Positions 27,212 to 36,882 of a stretch of DNA of 64,000 nt are shown one piece after another. The notes beneath the pieces are model-generated. The model saw nothing but the letters and a program-made list of their open reading frames with translations. It was not told where the DNA came from and did no database searches. The translations under genes were made by a program, and so were the position numbers. Positions within the stretch are counted from its first letter, which is position 1. Each line of letters begins with the position of its first letter. Source of the stretch: Candidatus Bathyarchaeota archaeon RBG_16_48_13 (lineage in GTDB: Archaea; Thermoproteota; Bathyarchaeia; RBG-16-48-13); NCBI GenBank assembly GCA_001775995.1, contig MEZH01000007.1, positions 110,971 to 174,970 of the forward strand. The letters are read 5' to 3'.

Positions 27212-28831
27212 TTGTCTTTTGAAATAGCAGAAAGGGATTTGGCAGGAAGAATCGGCAAACTCAGAACCAAAAGCGGCGAAGTGGAAACCCCTGCCCTGCT
27301 TCCAGTGATAAATCCCTTACTTCAGCCAATCTCCCCCAAGATCCTAAAGGATAGATTCGCGTTCAAAGCGCTGATCACTAATGCGTACATAATTTCAAAG
27401 AACTTAAAGGAAGAAGCTGTTAGTCTCGGAATCCATAGGATTCTTGATTTCGACCGCGTGATAATGACTGACTCGGGAGCATATCAGAATCTCATTTACG
27501 GAAAAGTGGACACGACAGTGGAGGAGATAACAAGATTCCAAGAGGACATAGGGACCGACATAGCTGTGATACTAGATGTGCCAACTGGTTGGAAGACCAC
27601 CAGAGAAAAAGCTGCTTGGTCAGTAGAGGAAACATTGAGACGCGCCCAAAGAACCATCAAGATAAGAAATGACAACGGAATCTTGTGGGTTGGCCCGATA
27701 CAAGGTGGCCGCTATCTGGAACTCGTCACATATTCTGCGAAGAGAATGGGTGAGTTGCCCTTCGATATTTACGCTTTAGGAAGCCCCACTAAGATCATGG
27801 AGCAGTATTTTTTTGATATTCTTGTGGATATGATTTTTGTAACAAAGACAAACTTGCCATTAGATCGACCACTTCACCTTTTTGGAGCGGGTCATCCGTT
27901 GGTTTTCGCCATGGCTGTGGCGTTGGGATGCGATCTTTTTGACTCTGCTGCGTATGCACTTTATGCACGAAATGGAAGATATATGACAGAGTATGGAACA
28001 AGTAGAATCGAAAAGTTGGAATATTTGCCGTGCTCGTGTTCAATATGTTCAAAATATAGCCCTAGCGAAATAAGAGATATGTTTCCGAAGGATAGGGAAA
28101 AGGCATTAGCTGAACACAACATATACCAATGTCAAGCTGAGATACGGCGTATAAAACAATCCATAGTTGAGGGGCGCCTATGGGAACTCCTTGAGTCGAG
28201 GGCAAGAAGTCATCCGACCCTGCTGCAGGCATTTCGAAAATTCGACAAATACTCGACGTATCTTGAGAAAAACACCCCTACTTCAAAAAGAAGAGGGCTC
28301 TTCTATTTTGATTCAAGTGGAATTTCGAGACCTGAGATCGTTCGCCATAGAAGACAGATCTCGGAAAAATATGTGACGCCAGAAGAGAGGAAGTTACTGT
28401 TGTTGCTTCCTCAGACCCTGAATAAGCCGTTTCACACTACAAACGAGTATGGAAGAGTCTTCAAAACCCTTCGGAGTATTGGGAAGCAAGAGTACGAGAA
28501 GACAGAGATATGCGCTTATGCTGTCCCTTTTGGTGTAGTACCTCTCGAGATTGATGAAATCTACCCCTTGTCCCAGTTCGAGGCGACTTCTCCCTTTGAT
28601 GAAGAAAGTGTCAAATATGTTTGTAGCCAAGTGAAGAGCTACATATCGAGCAGAAATTTTACGACGGTCCTATTACACTACGATAGACAGTGGGGAGCGA
28701 ATTTGCTGGAGGCTTGTCGCAAGGCCTGTAAACAGACCGGAAAAGACCTTCTGATTAGCTACAGAGGAAAAAGACCTTGGAGCCGCAAAGCCTTCGAGAA
28801 ATTGGAAGAGGCCTTAAAAAGCATCAAATAG
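27212..28831 (+). CDS. tgtA: Archaeosine tRNA-guanine(15) transglycosylase
   Basis: GRIG..ETPALLPV, MTDSGAYQ, HLFGAG, Zn site CSCSIC..H; TTG 27212 after GAGGT. Confidence 0.93.
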   Translation: MSFEIAERDLAGRIGKLRTKSGEVETPALLPVINPLLQPISPKILKDRFAFKALITNAYIISKNLKEEAVSLGIHRILDFDRVIMTDSGAYQNLIYGKVDTTVEEITRFQEDIGTDIAVILDVPTGWKTTREKAAWSVEETLRRAQRTIKIRNDNGILWVGPIQGGRYLELVTYSAKRMGELPFDIYALGSPTKIMEQYFFDILVDMIFVTKTNLPLDRPLHLFGAGHPLVFAMAVALGCDLFDSAAYALYARNGRYMTEYGTSRIEKLEYLPCSCSICSKYSPSEIRDMFPKDREKALAEHNIYQCQAEIRRIKQSIVEGRLWELLESRARSHPTLLQAFRKFDKYSTYLEKNTPTSKRRGLFYFDSSGISRPEIVRHRRQISEKYVTPEERKLLLLLPQTLNKPFHTTNEYGRVFKTLRSIGKQEYEKTEICAYAVPFGVVPLEIDEIYPLSQFEATSPFDEESVKYVCSQVKSYISSRNFTTVLLHYDRQWGANLLEACRKACKQTGKDLLISYRGKRPWSRKAFEKLEEALKSIK

Positions 28832-28873
28832 AACAAACCTTGAATAATATCAAGTCCCGAGAAACGAGTCCAA

Positions 28874-30178
28874 ATGCGAATCATAGCGGATCTTCATATT
28901 CACAGCAAATTCAGCAGAGCTACAAGTTCCAACATGGAAATCCCAGAAATAGCCCATTACGCCAGATTGAAGGGATTGAATCTAGTTGGAACTGGAGATT
29001 TCACTCACCCAAACTGGATGAGGATTCTCGAAGAAGGCCTGACAAGCGATGAAACAGGTATTCATAAACCTAAGAACGATCCGCAGTCGCCTATTCACTT
29101 CATACTTGGGACAGAAGTAAGCACCATCTTCGAATTCGAAAACACTACGAGGAAAGTTCATCATGTAATACTTACGCCTTCCTTCGGTGTGGCAAAGCAG
29201 ATCATTGAAAGGCTGTCTCATTACGGCGATCTTGTCACTGATGGCAGACCAACACTGAGAATGTCAGCTGCTGAACTTGTTGAGGTGGTTACGCAGATAT
29301 CCTCTGAAAATGAGGTACTACCAGCTCATGCGTGGACTCCCTGGTTCAGCATATTTGGAGCATTTAACGGATTCGACAGACTTGAGGATTGCTATCAAGA
29401 CATGTCTAGCAAGATCCACGCCTTGGAGACAGGTCTCTCTTCGGATCCACCAATGAACTGGAGGATAAGCAGCCTTGATCGTCTGGTCCTAGTTTCGAAC
29501 AGTGACAGCCATAGCCCTTGGCCCTGGCGCATCGGAAGAGAAGCAAACATTTTTGAATTAAATAAGATGGATTATGGGGAGATCTTAGAGGCTTTTCGAG
29601 CGAAAGATAAGAATAAGCTCATGTGTACTATAGAGACAGGCCCAGAATACGGGAAGTATCATTGGACTGGTCATAGGAACTGCAAATTCTCAGTTCCGCC
29701 TCCTGAGGCCATCGCCCTAAATAATATCTGCCCAATCTGTCATAGGAAGTTGACCAAGGGTGTAGATCAGAGAGTTGAAGAACTCGCGGATAGACCTAAG
29801 GGTTACAGACTCAGGTCGTCCGCTGATTATGTCCACCTTCTACCCCTCCATGAAATCATAGCAGCGACCTTGAAGATGGAGGCCCTTTCAAGCCCAAAGA
29901 TTTGGGACATATACAACTCAGCCATTTCGCATTTCAGCGATGAGTACAACATCCTGCTGAATGCGTCAGAGAAGGAGCTGAACGCCGTAATCGATCCTTT
30001 GATAGTCAAGGCGATAATGCGAGTCAGAAACGGGCAAGTTAAGATTGAGCCAGGATATGATGGAGTCTACGGAAAGATTGTCCTAGAGGAAGATGAAGTA
30101 CCAGAAAAGCGAACCAAGAATACGTCAGTAAGGAAAGAAGAACAGATGAAACTGGACGATTATTCTGAAGGAATATAA
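28874..30178 (+). CDS. Endonuclease Q family (PHP domain + Zn finger)
   Basis: ADLHIHSKFSRAT, GTGDFTHP, HAWTPW, ETGLSSDP, NSDSHS, HRNC..CPIC. Confidence 0.92.
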   Translation: MRIIADLHIHSKFSRATSSNMEIPEIAHYARLKGLNLVGTGDFTHPNWMRILEEGLTSDETGIHKPKNDPQSPIHFILGTEVSTIFEFENTTRKVHHVILTPSFGVAKQIIERLSHYGDLVTDGRPTLRMSAAELVEVVTQISSENEVLPAHAWTPWFSIFGAFNGFDRLEDCYQDMSSKIHALETGLSSDPPMNWRISSLDRLVLVSNSDSHSPWPWRIGREANIFELNKMDYGEILEAFRAKDKNKLMCTIETGPEYGKYHWTGHRNCKFSVPPPEAIALNNICPICHRKLTKGVDQRVEELADRPKGYRLRSSADYVHLLPLHEIIAATLKMEALSSPKIWDIYNSAISHFSDEYNILLNASEKELNAVIDPLIVKAIMRVRNGQVKIEPGYDGVYGKIVLEEDEVPEKRTKNTSVRKEEQMKLDDYSEGI

Positions 30179-30240
30179 CGCACCAAAAAAGACTTAATGT
30201 TTGAAACACCATTTAGCCGTGAAGAATGCGCGGTGAAAAC

Positions 30241-30918
30241 ATGAGGAATCTGGGGAAAAGGGTTGACTTTCACACACATACGATTTTCAGTGATGGAGAA
30301 CTTGTGCCGGCCGAACTTGTCAGAAGAGCTTGCAGCATGGGTTTCAAAGCGATAGCAATCACTGACCATGTCGATATATCGAATATTGATTTGGTGATCC
30401 CCAGAATCAAGAGCGTCTCAGAGGAACTGGGCCGCTATTGGGATATTGCAATCATACCAGGCGCTGAATTGACGCATATGCCCCCTGAGACGATACCTAG
30501 ATTGGCAACAAGAGCCCGAGAACTTGGTGCTAGATTCATCGCAGTCCATGGAGAGACATTCATCGAACCAGTTCTCCCAGGTACCAATGAAGCCGCATGT
30601 AGATGTGAAGCCGTTGATATGCTAGCTCACCCAGGTCTGTTAGATAAGCACACAGCCCAACTAGCGAAAAGAAATGACGTTTTTCTTGAATTGACTTCAA
30701 GAAGCGGCCACTCGTTGACCAATGGACTTGTTGCACGTATCGCCGTGGAACACGAAGTGAATCTTTTGGTAAATACTGATACTCATAAACCACTGGACTT
30801 GATCGGCCAGAAGGACGCATTTAGTGTCGCGTTGGGAGCGGGGCTCACTGAGGAAAAGGCTTTGGAGATCGTGAGGGATAACCCTGAGAAGATGCTCAAG
30901 AGAATAGCCTCAAAATAG
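30241..30918 (+). CDS. PHP-family phosphatase (histidinol-phosphatase-like)
   Basis: DFHTHTIFSDG, ITDH, HGET, LAHPG, NTDTH. Confidence 0.9.
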   Translation: MRNLGKRVDFHTHTIFSDGELVPAELVRRACSMGFKAIAITDHVDISNIDLVIPRIKSVSEELGRYWDIAIIPGAELTHMPPETIPRLATRARELGARFIAVHGETFIEPVLPGTNEAACRCEAVDMLAHPGLLDKHTAQLAKRNDVFLELTSRSGHSLTNGLVARIAVEHEVNLLVNTDTHKPLDLIGQKDAFSVALGAGLTEEKALEIVRDNPEKMLKRIASK

Positions 30919-30933
30919 GAAGAAGAGAACAAA

Positions 30934-32313
30934 CTAAAATGGGTTCTGTCTCAGGAATTCTCCATAGCGGATTAGGCATGACAACGCCTTGACGGCTCGT
31001 TCGGGTGTTCGGAATACAGGTATCCCAAGACGGTGCATTTTCATGCTTTCCTCCTTTTCGACATCTCCGCCACCCAAATAGACAACTATGATGGGTTTTT
31101 CCGTAGTTTTCCGAAGGTTTTGGATCATTTCGGTGGCTCCAGGTATAGGGTCCCCGAATATTGTGATGAAAGCATCATAGCTGGGGTTTTTGATCGCTTC
31201 TTTCAGAACGGTCTCATATCTGGGAGAGTCTGCGTCTCCTGTCAAATCCAGGGGATTCTTGAGGATACAACGCGGGGGTATGGACTGAGACAATTGTTGG
31301 AATAGATCATTGTCTAGACTCGGCAGCTTTATACCCTCAGACTCGCACGCGTCGGTAGCTAAGATAGCGGAGCCTCCAGAGGAGGTTACTATCAAAGCCC
31401 GCCTACCTTTCGGCAGTTGCAGATAGGAAAGAGCTTTTGATGCATCATAGAATTCTTCCAGATTATCTACCCTTATGACGCCGGTCTGCCTGAAGGCAGC
31501 CGAGAAAATCTTATCATTACCCGCCAGAGACCTCGTATGAGACATTACTGCTCTGGCCCCGGCTTCAGTCCGCCCTCCTTTTATCATCAGAATTGGTTTC
31601 TTCCTAACTGATTTCCTCGCTATATCCATGAATCTTTTGCCGTCTGAGACGCCTTCTAGGTAGACTGAAATGACTCTGGAGGATGGATCTTCTACGAAGT
31701 ATTCTATGAGGTCCAGTTCGTTGACATCGCCCTTATTTCCGAGGGCTACGAACTTGCTTATTCCTATACCATCATCTTTGGCCCAACACTCTATTGTAGC
31801 GCCTACAGTTCCGCTCTGCGAGATTATTGCAATCGGACCCTTCTCTCTAATCAAAGGCCAACTAGCGCACATGTTAGAATGCGGGTTATTGACGCCCTGG
31901 CAGTTTGGGCCAACTAGACGCATTCCAGATCGCTTAGCTATGTCAATCACATATCTCTGGAGCTCTTCACCTTCTTTCCCAGCTTCTGCAAAGCCTCCGG
32001 AAATTATTATGATCCCCCGGACATTCTTCTTAGCGCATTGTTCCATCACTGATGGAACGAATTTTGAAGGAACTATTATGACAGCCAAATCGATCGGGTC
32101 CGGGACAGCATCCAAAGATGGATAAGCCTTGACTCCCAAGATTTCATCTGCTTTGGGGTTTATGGGAAACAAGGCTTTGCTGTATCCTGCGTCGATAATG
32201 TTCTTCATAACTACGTTGCCGGTCTTGCCCTCTTCTCTTGAAGCACCCACAATAGCGATGGATTTAGGGTCAAATATAGCATCTAGACTTGAACTCATGT
32301 ATTCCATCTCCAA
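30934..32313 (-). CDS. ADP-forming acyl-CoA synthetase alpha subunit
   Basis: IAIVGAS, GPNCQG, SQSG, phospho-His HTRSLAG, NPLDLTGDA. Confidence 0.9.
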   Translation of the reverse strand: MEMEYMSSSLDAIFDPKSIAIVGASREEGKTGNVVMKNIIDAGYSKALFPINPKADEILGVKAYPSLDAVPDPIDLAVIIVPSKFVPSVMEQCAKKNVRGIIIISGGFAEAGKEGEELQRYVIDIAKRSGMRLVGPNCQGVNNPHSNMCASWPLIREKGPIAIISQSGTVGATIECWAKDDGIGISKFVALGNKGDVNELDLIEYFVEDPSSRVISVYLEGVSDGKRFMDIARKSVRKKPILMIKGGRTEAGARAVMSHTRSLAGNDKIFSAAFRQTGVIRVDNLEEFYDASKALSYLQLPKGRRALIVTSSGGSAILATDACESEGIKLPSLDNDLFQQLSQSIPPRCILKNPLDLTGDADSPRYETVLKEAIKNPSYDAFITIFGDPIPGATEMIQNLRKTTEKPIIVVYLGGGDVEKEESMKMHRLGIPVFRTPERAVKALSCLIRYGEFLRQNPF

Positions 32314-32320
32314 ACCTTTC

Positions 32321-32572
32321 TTAGGGTTTAACTTGATGATAACTAATCATGGTATAAACGTTTTTTACGCCTTCTTTGTCCCTCACATAATGAACAAGGG
32401 ATCTGAGATCCTGCAAATTCTTCAATTCAGCCTTGATAATGAGATCGTATTCTCCAGTTATTTCGTATATCTCTTTTACATCCTTCCGAATGCTCAGTTC
32501 ACCATATATTTTTCGGATATTTGGAACCGGCTCGATCTCAATACAGATGAACAAGACAATATTTGTCTCCAA
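32321..32572 (-). CDS. Stand-alone Lrp/AsnC ligand-binding (RAM) domain protein
   Basis: YEITGEYDLIIK; no HTH. Confidence 0.85.
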   Translation of the reverse strand: METNIVLFICIEIEPVPNIRKIYGELSIRKDVKEIYEITGEYDLIIKAELKNLQDLRSLVHYVRDKEGVKNVYTMISYHQVKP

Positions 32573-32592
32573 ATACTTATCACCTCATTTTT

Positions 32593-33021
32593 CTATGAGC
32601 TGGTAATGACCATGGTTTCTGTCCTTTGGACACCTACGATGCTACTCATCTTTTCTGTCAGCAGAGTACGGAGATCCGCTGTATCTTTGGATAATATTTC
32701 CAACACAAAATCGTACCTGCCAGCAACTTCATAGATCTTCTTGACGCATTCCATTCTTCTGAAACTATCTAATGTCCCACGGAGAGTTTTTGGATCGACG
32801 GTCACTCCTATAAGGGCCCTAATACCATACCCTAGCTTTGTGTAATCGACTTGTATGATAAACTTCTCTATTATACCCAATTCTTGCAGCTTTTTTATCC
32901 TATTGCATATAGTCGCTACGCTCACCCCAAACTTTGAGGCTAACTCGCGGTAAGGGACACGACTATCCTTTTCCAGGATATCCAGGAGTTTCAAATCGAT
33001 TTCGTCTAGATCTCGTTCCAT
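32593..33021 (-). CDS. Lrp/AsnC family transcriptional regulator
   Basis: LDEIDLKLL, ELAS..VSVATICNRIKKL HTH, GRYD. Confidence 0.93.
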   Translation of the reverse strand: MERDLDEIDLKLLDILEKDSRVPYRELASKFGVSVATICNRIKKLQELGIIEKFIIQVDYTKLGYGIRALIGVTVDPKTLRGTLDSFRRMECVKKIYEVAGRYDFVLEILSKDTADLRTLLTEKMSSIVGVQRTETMVITSS

Positions 33022-33174
33022 TTTTCTTCTTCCAAGAACCCAATCATTGACAAACGGTTAGAAGTGAACCCCGCCTTTCTTAAATTTTTAGTTATGTATT
33101 GAAAAGACATTAAAATTTTTCTTGAAAACGAGCTCTTTCCGAAAAAATTTAAAAGCAGAAATATTAATGAAAAG

Positions 33175-34536
33175 ATGTCTCAAGAAGGAGAAGATATGAT
33201 GGAACGTTTAACTGAACCAAAGATCGTGGTAACACCACCAGGACCAAGAGCTAAGGGCATAATAGAAAGAGATTCCAAAGCGCTATCACAATCATTGACA
33301 AGGACATCTCCTCTCGTGGGCGTAGAGACTGAGGACGTCTGGGTCAAAGATATAGACGGCAATGTGTACTTGGACATGGGTTGTGGCATAGCAGTGACAA
33401 ATGTGGGTCACCGTCACCCAGAAGTCATTGCGGCGGTTAAGAAACAATTGGATATCTGCGATCATGTAAATAGCTGCGATTACTATACATTGCCTCAGAT
33501 AGAGTACGCGGAGAAGCTATTTCCTCTCATCCCTTGGAAAGGACAAAAAAGAATATTCTATGCGAACAGCGGAACCGAAGCCGTAGAGTGTGCGATCAAG
33601 TTAGCGAAATGGCACACGAAACGATACTATTTCATAGGATTCATAGGGGGATTCCACGGGAGGACTATGGGTGCACTATCGTTCACCACAACGAGTACGT
33701 CAGCAAGAAAGTATTTTGACCCCCTGATGCCAGGGGTGTATCATACGCCTTACGCCTATTGCTATCGATGCTCCTTCAAACAATCGTATCCTGATTGCGG
33801 ATTGTGGTGCTTAGGGTTCATTGAGGACGTCATAATGAAAAAAATGGTTAGCCCACAAGAAGTTGCAGGCATATTGGTAGAATCAATACAAGGTGCAGGT
33901 GGTTATATAGTTCCACCGAATGAGTTTTTGCCAGGTCTTAAGAAAATATGCGAAAAGAATGGGATACTCTACATAGATGATGAGGTCCAATCAGGATTTG
34001 GCCGCACCGGAAAAATGTGGGCATGCGAACACTGGGGAATAGAGCCCGATGTCATATGTATGTCGAAAGCCATAGCAAATGGTCTGCCGATGGGCGCGTG
34101 TGTAGCAAGGGCAGAAGTCATGGATTGGGAGGGAAATGCCCATGAAAACACGCTTGGTGGAAACCCAATAGTTGTATCAGCTGCTATAGCCGTCTTAGAA
34201 ATAATGAAGAAACAGGGTCTGTTGGAAAATGCAACAAGAGTGGGGAAATATCTTATGAAAACATTGAAGGAGCTGATGGCCCGCCACGAGATAATAGGAG
34301 ATGTGAGAGGAAAAGGACTGATGGTAGGGATAGAGCTAGTTAAGGATCGAAAGACAAAGGTGCCTGCAACAAAAGAGAGAGATGAGATAATAGACGAAGC
34401 ATTCAAGAGAGGACTATTGCTACTGGGCGCTGGACCTTGCAGTTTGCGTTTGGCACCGCCATTGACCCTCACTGAGGGGCACGTGGACAAGGCAATAGAA
34501 ATAGTCGAAGGAGTCATTAAGAAAGTGGAGAGATAG
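33175..34536 (+). CDS. Class III PLP aminotransferase (ornithine/4-aminobutyrate omega-aminotransferase-like)
   Basis: NSGTEA, FHGRT, DEVQSGFGRTG, PLP Lys in SKAIANG, NTLGGNP. Confidence 0.92.
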   Translation: MSQEGEDMMERLTEPKIVVTPPGPRAKGIIERDSKALSQSLTRTSPLVGVETEDVWVKDIDGNVYLDMGCGIAVTNVGHRHPEVIAAVKKQLDICDHVNSCDYYTLPQIEYAEKLFPLIPWKGQKRIFYANSGTEAVECAIKLAKWHTKRYYFIGFIGGFHGRTMGALSFTTTSTSARKYFDPLMPGVYHTPYAYCYRCSFKQSYPDCGLWCLGFIEDVIMKKMVSPQEVAGILVESIQGAGGYIVPPNEFLPGLKKICEKNGILYIDDEVQSGFGRTGKMWACEHWGIEPDVICMSKAIANGLPMGACVARAEVMDWEGNAHENTLGGNPIVVSAAIAVLEIMKKQGLLENATRVGKYLMKTLKELMARHEIIGDVRGKGLMVGIELVKDRKTKVPATKERDEIIDEAFKRGLLLLGAGPCSLRLAPPLTLTEGHVDKAIEIVEGVIKKVER

Positions 34537-34547
34537 AAGTAACTCTC

Positions 34548-34554
34548 TTTTTTT
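34548..34554 (+). terminator. Oligo-T tract, probable intrinsic terminator of the aminotransferase gene
   Basis: T7 run 11 nt after the stop codon, at a convergent junction. Confidence 0.4.
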
Positions 34555-35007
34555 CTATTTCTTTTTGGTCTGTAAACGAGTCAAGGCTTCTTTTGCCACT
34601 CTCTTGCCGAAACTCTTGCAATCATCTATCAGAAGGAAGGAGTCAACAGGAACCCTAGCCAAGCCTGGCTCTATTACATCCATCTCGAAAGCTCTCAAGG
34701 CTAGCGTCATGATTTCCACAGCTCCTCCACCCCACCCATAAGATCCAAATGTAGATCCCACTTTGCCCTTGAGATCCTCTTTTCCCAGGGTATCCAAGAA
34801 GTTGCGCATCTTGGTCGACAAAGTACCGTAGTTGGTTGGTGTGCCGAAGAGAATTATGCTATGTTTGGCCAAATCTGTCTTGGTTGTCTGATCAACCTTT
34901 TTGAGGGTGACCCTTGATCCCGCATCTTCAGCTCCTTCGGCAATGGCCTTCGCCATTTTCTCCGTGCTGCCAAAACGGCTGTCATACACAATAAGCATAT
35001 TTTCCAA
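34555..35007 (-). CDS. Flavodoxin-like protein
   Basis: YDSRFGSTEKMA, GTPTNYG, FGSYGWGGG. Confidence 0.9.
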   Translation of the reverse strand: MENMLIVYDSRFGSTEKMAKAIAEGAEDAGSRVTLKKVDQTTKTDLAKHSIILFGTPTNYGTLSTKMRNFLDTLGKEDLKGKVGSTFGSYGWGGGAVEIMTLALRAFEMDVIEPGLARVPVDSFLLIDDCKSFGKRVAKEALTRLQTKKK

Positions 35008-35119
35008 GTCAATTACCTCAATATGTGTTATCGTACTTTTATTGCTCTATATTCTTATATTCATTCTTCTTAAACTCTTTGAAAAGACTCTGCACTTATC
35101 TTAGAGGAGATGACCAGAG

Positions 35120-35767
35120 ATGGAGATCATGAAAGAAGTACACCTTATGAAGAAAGGTGCGGAAGCGGATATCTATTTGGGGGTGTGGTTCGGTAGAGAG
35201 TCCGTGGCCAAGTGCAGGGTCAAGAAGAAATACAGAGTTCCTAAATTGGATTTGGCTCTCAGAACCTCCAGGACTGTTCAAGAAGCTCAACTAATCCACG
35301 AGGCAAAGAAAGCGGGAGTTCCAACCCCCACCTTGTTTTTCATCGATCAGCCAGGAGCAACATTAATCATGGAATTTGTAAAAGGAGAAAAAATCAAAGA
35401 TATGATCGAAAGAATGCGATATGAGACAGCACGTGAGGTCTTCCTGAAAGTGGGCAAAGACATAGCGATGCTTCATAGAGCAGGGATAATTCATGGTGAC
35501 CTAACGACCTCAAATATGATACTGACAAGAGGAGAACAGGTAGTGTTCATAGATTTTGGCTTGGGAAGCCGTTCTGAGAAGGTCGAGGATAAGGGAGTGG
35601 ACCTACATTTGCTCAAGAGAGCACTTCAAAGTACGCACCACAAAAGGGCTGACGACTGTTTCCAAAGCGTTTTGGAAGGGTACCGACATATGGCAAGCGA
35701 TACATCTTCGGAAGTTATTGAAAGAGCATATGAAATAGAAAGGAGAGGTCGTTACGCAATCCGCTAA
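35120..35767 (+). CDS. bud32: KEOPS kinase Bud32
   Basis: KGAEA, IIHGDLTTSN, IDFGL, VDLHLLKR, RRGRY. Confidence 0.95.
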   Translation: MEIMKEVHLMKKGAEADIYLGVWFGRESVAKCRVKKKYRVPKLDLALRTSRTVQEAQLIHEAKKAGVPTPTLFFIDQPGATLIMEFVKGEKIKDMIERMRYETAREVFLKVGKDIAMLHRAGIIHGDLTTSNMILTRGEQVVFIDFGLGSRSEKVEDKGVDLHLLKRALQSTHHKRADDCFQSVLEGYRHMASDTSSEVIERAYEIERRGRYAIR

Positions 35768-36323
35768 GACCGTATACTTCGCTACTACGAATGTGAATAA
35801 GTTTCACGAGGCAAAGTCTGCCCTTTCAGAAATGAAGATTAGGGTTCTAATGTTGAAGAAGAGAAAGATCGAAATTCAAGCTGACAAGATAGAAGAAGTG
35901 GTCAAAAGAAGCGCTCTTTGGATTACTGAAAAAGATGCTCGCCCCATCATCGTTGAGGACGCGGGGTTCTTCATACGAGCAATGGATGGTTTCCCAGGTC
36001 CCTACTCTTCCTATGTCTACAGGAAGATTGGTCTGGTTGGAATTTTGAAGTTACTTGATCATTCCACCAATCGAGTGGCGGAATTCCGTTCCGCGGTTGC
36101 CTTCTGCAACCATGGCGATCTCATCAGGATATTCACGAGCTGTATCGGTGGAACAGTAGCCTATGAGAAGAGAGGGACCGAAGGCTTCGGTTTTGATCCC
36201 ATATTTATTCCACACGGTGAGAACAGGACATTTGCCGAGATGACCATTGAGGAAAAGAATCGCAGATCACACAGAGCCAAGGCCCTCGAGGAATTCGCGA
36301 AGTGGTATCTGAGAAATTACTGA
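35754..36323 (+). CDS. rdgB: Non-canonical purine NTP pyrophosphatase (RdgB/HAM1); start proposed at ACG 35754
   Basis: VEDAG, FPGPYS, GFGFDPIF, SHRAKAL. The N-terminal motif VYFATTNVNK begins upstream of the first GTG (35793); the start position is inferred. Confidence 0.9.
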   Translation, partial: TQSAKTVYFATTNVNKFHEAKSALSEMKIRVLMLKKRKIEIQADKIEEVVKRSALWITEKDARPIIVEDAGFFIRAMDGFPGPYSSYVYRKIGLVGILKLLDHSTNRVAEFRSAVAFCNHGDLIRIFTSCIGGTVAYEKRGTEGFGFDPIFIPHGENRTFAEMTIEEKNRRSHRAKALEEFAKWYLRNY

Positions 36324-36510
36324 TTTGATGCATCAAATCACCTAGACTCTTCAGAAGCGTCCCAATGGATTTCTAGAGCCAAAGCTGCAGTTATTACGCC
36401 CAACGAATAGTGTGATCAGAAGGCCTCGCAGATGTTCTCTTAGATATTGATGATTGATCTCCAAGCCAGAATATGATAACATACTCTTGATGTTTTAATT
36501 CTGCTAGGTT

Positions 36511-36882
36511 CTAGATCATAATCTTCCTGAGCTTCTCCAATTCCTTCAGAGTCTCTGCGAACTCTTTCCTCGTTTCATAAATGGTCAGAGGTTTCTTCTT
36601 GAATTTGGATTCAAGAAGACCCGCCGTTATCATAGCTGCGCCGATTACATCAGATATCTCAGTTGGCTCGGGGAAAAGTATCAGAGAGGTGCCTATTTTT
36701 ATGAGTTTTGATTTCTCGTCCATCGTTTCAGGTTTTCCAGACATTTTGTTCAGAGAGGTAGTCATTTTGGAGAGGCCGTTTTGAGTCTTGCCAAATTCCT
36801 CTAGAGTTTTGGCCCTCTCGTCTAGGGAAGCCGTTATTTTTCTTATGTTTTCCTTTTTTACCTCTTGATTCAAATGAAACAC
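36511..36882 (-). CDS. Hypothetical protein with one hydrophobic hairpin
   Basis: 123-aa ORF; LIKIGTSLILFPEPTEISDVIGAAMITAGLL. Confidence 0.6.
   Translation of the reverse strand: MFHLNQEVKKENIRKITASLDERAKTLEEFGKTQNGLSKMTTSLNKMSGKPETMDEKSKLIKIGTSLILFPEPTEISDVIGAAMITAGLLESKFKKKPLTIYETRKEFAETLKELEKLRKIMI

Noticed and set aside
33175-34536. Lrp-linked PLP amino-acid racemase
   Set aside because: FHGRTMG and HENTLGGNP look more like omega-aminotransferases; racemase is not excluded but not supported.
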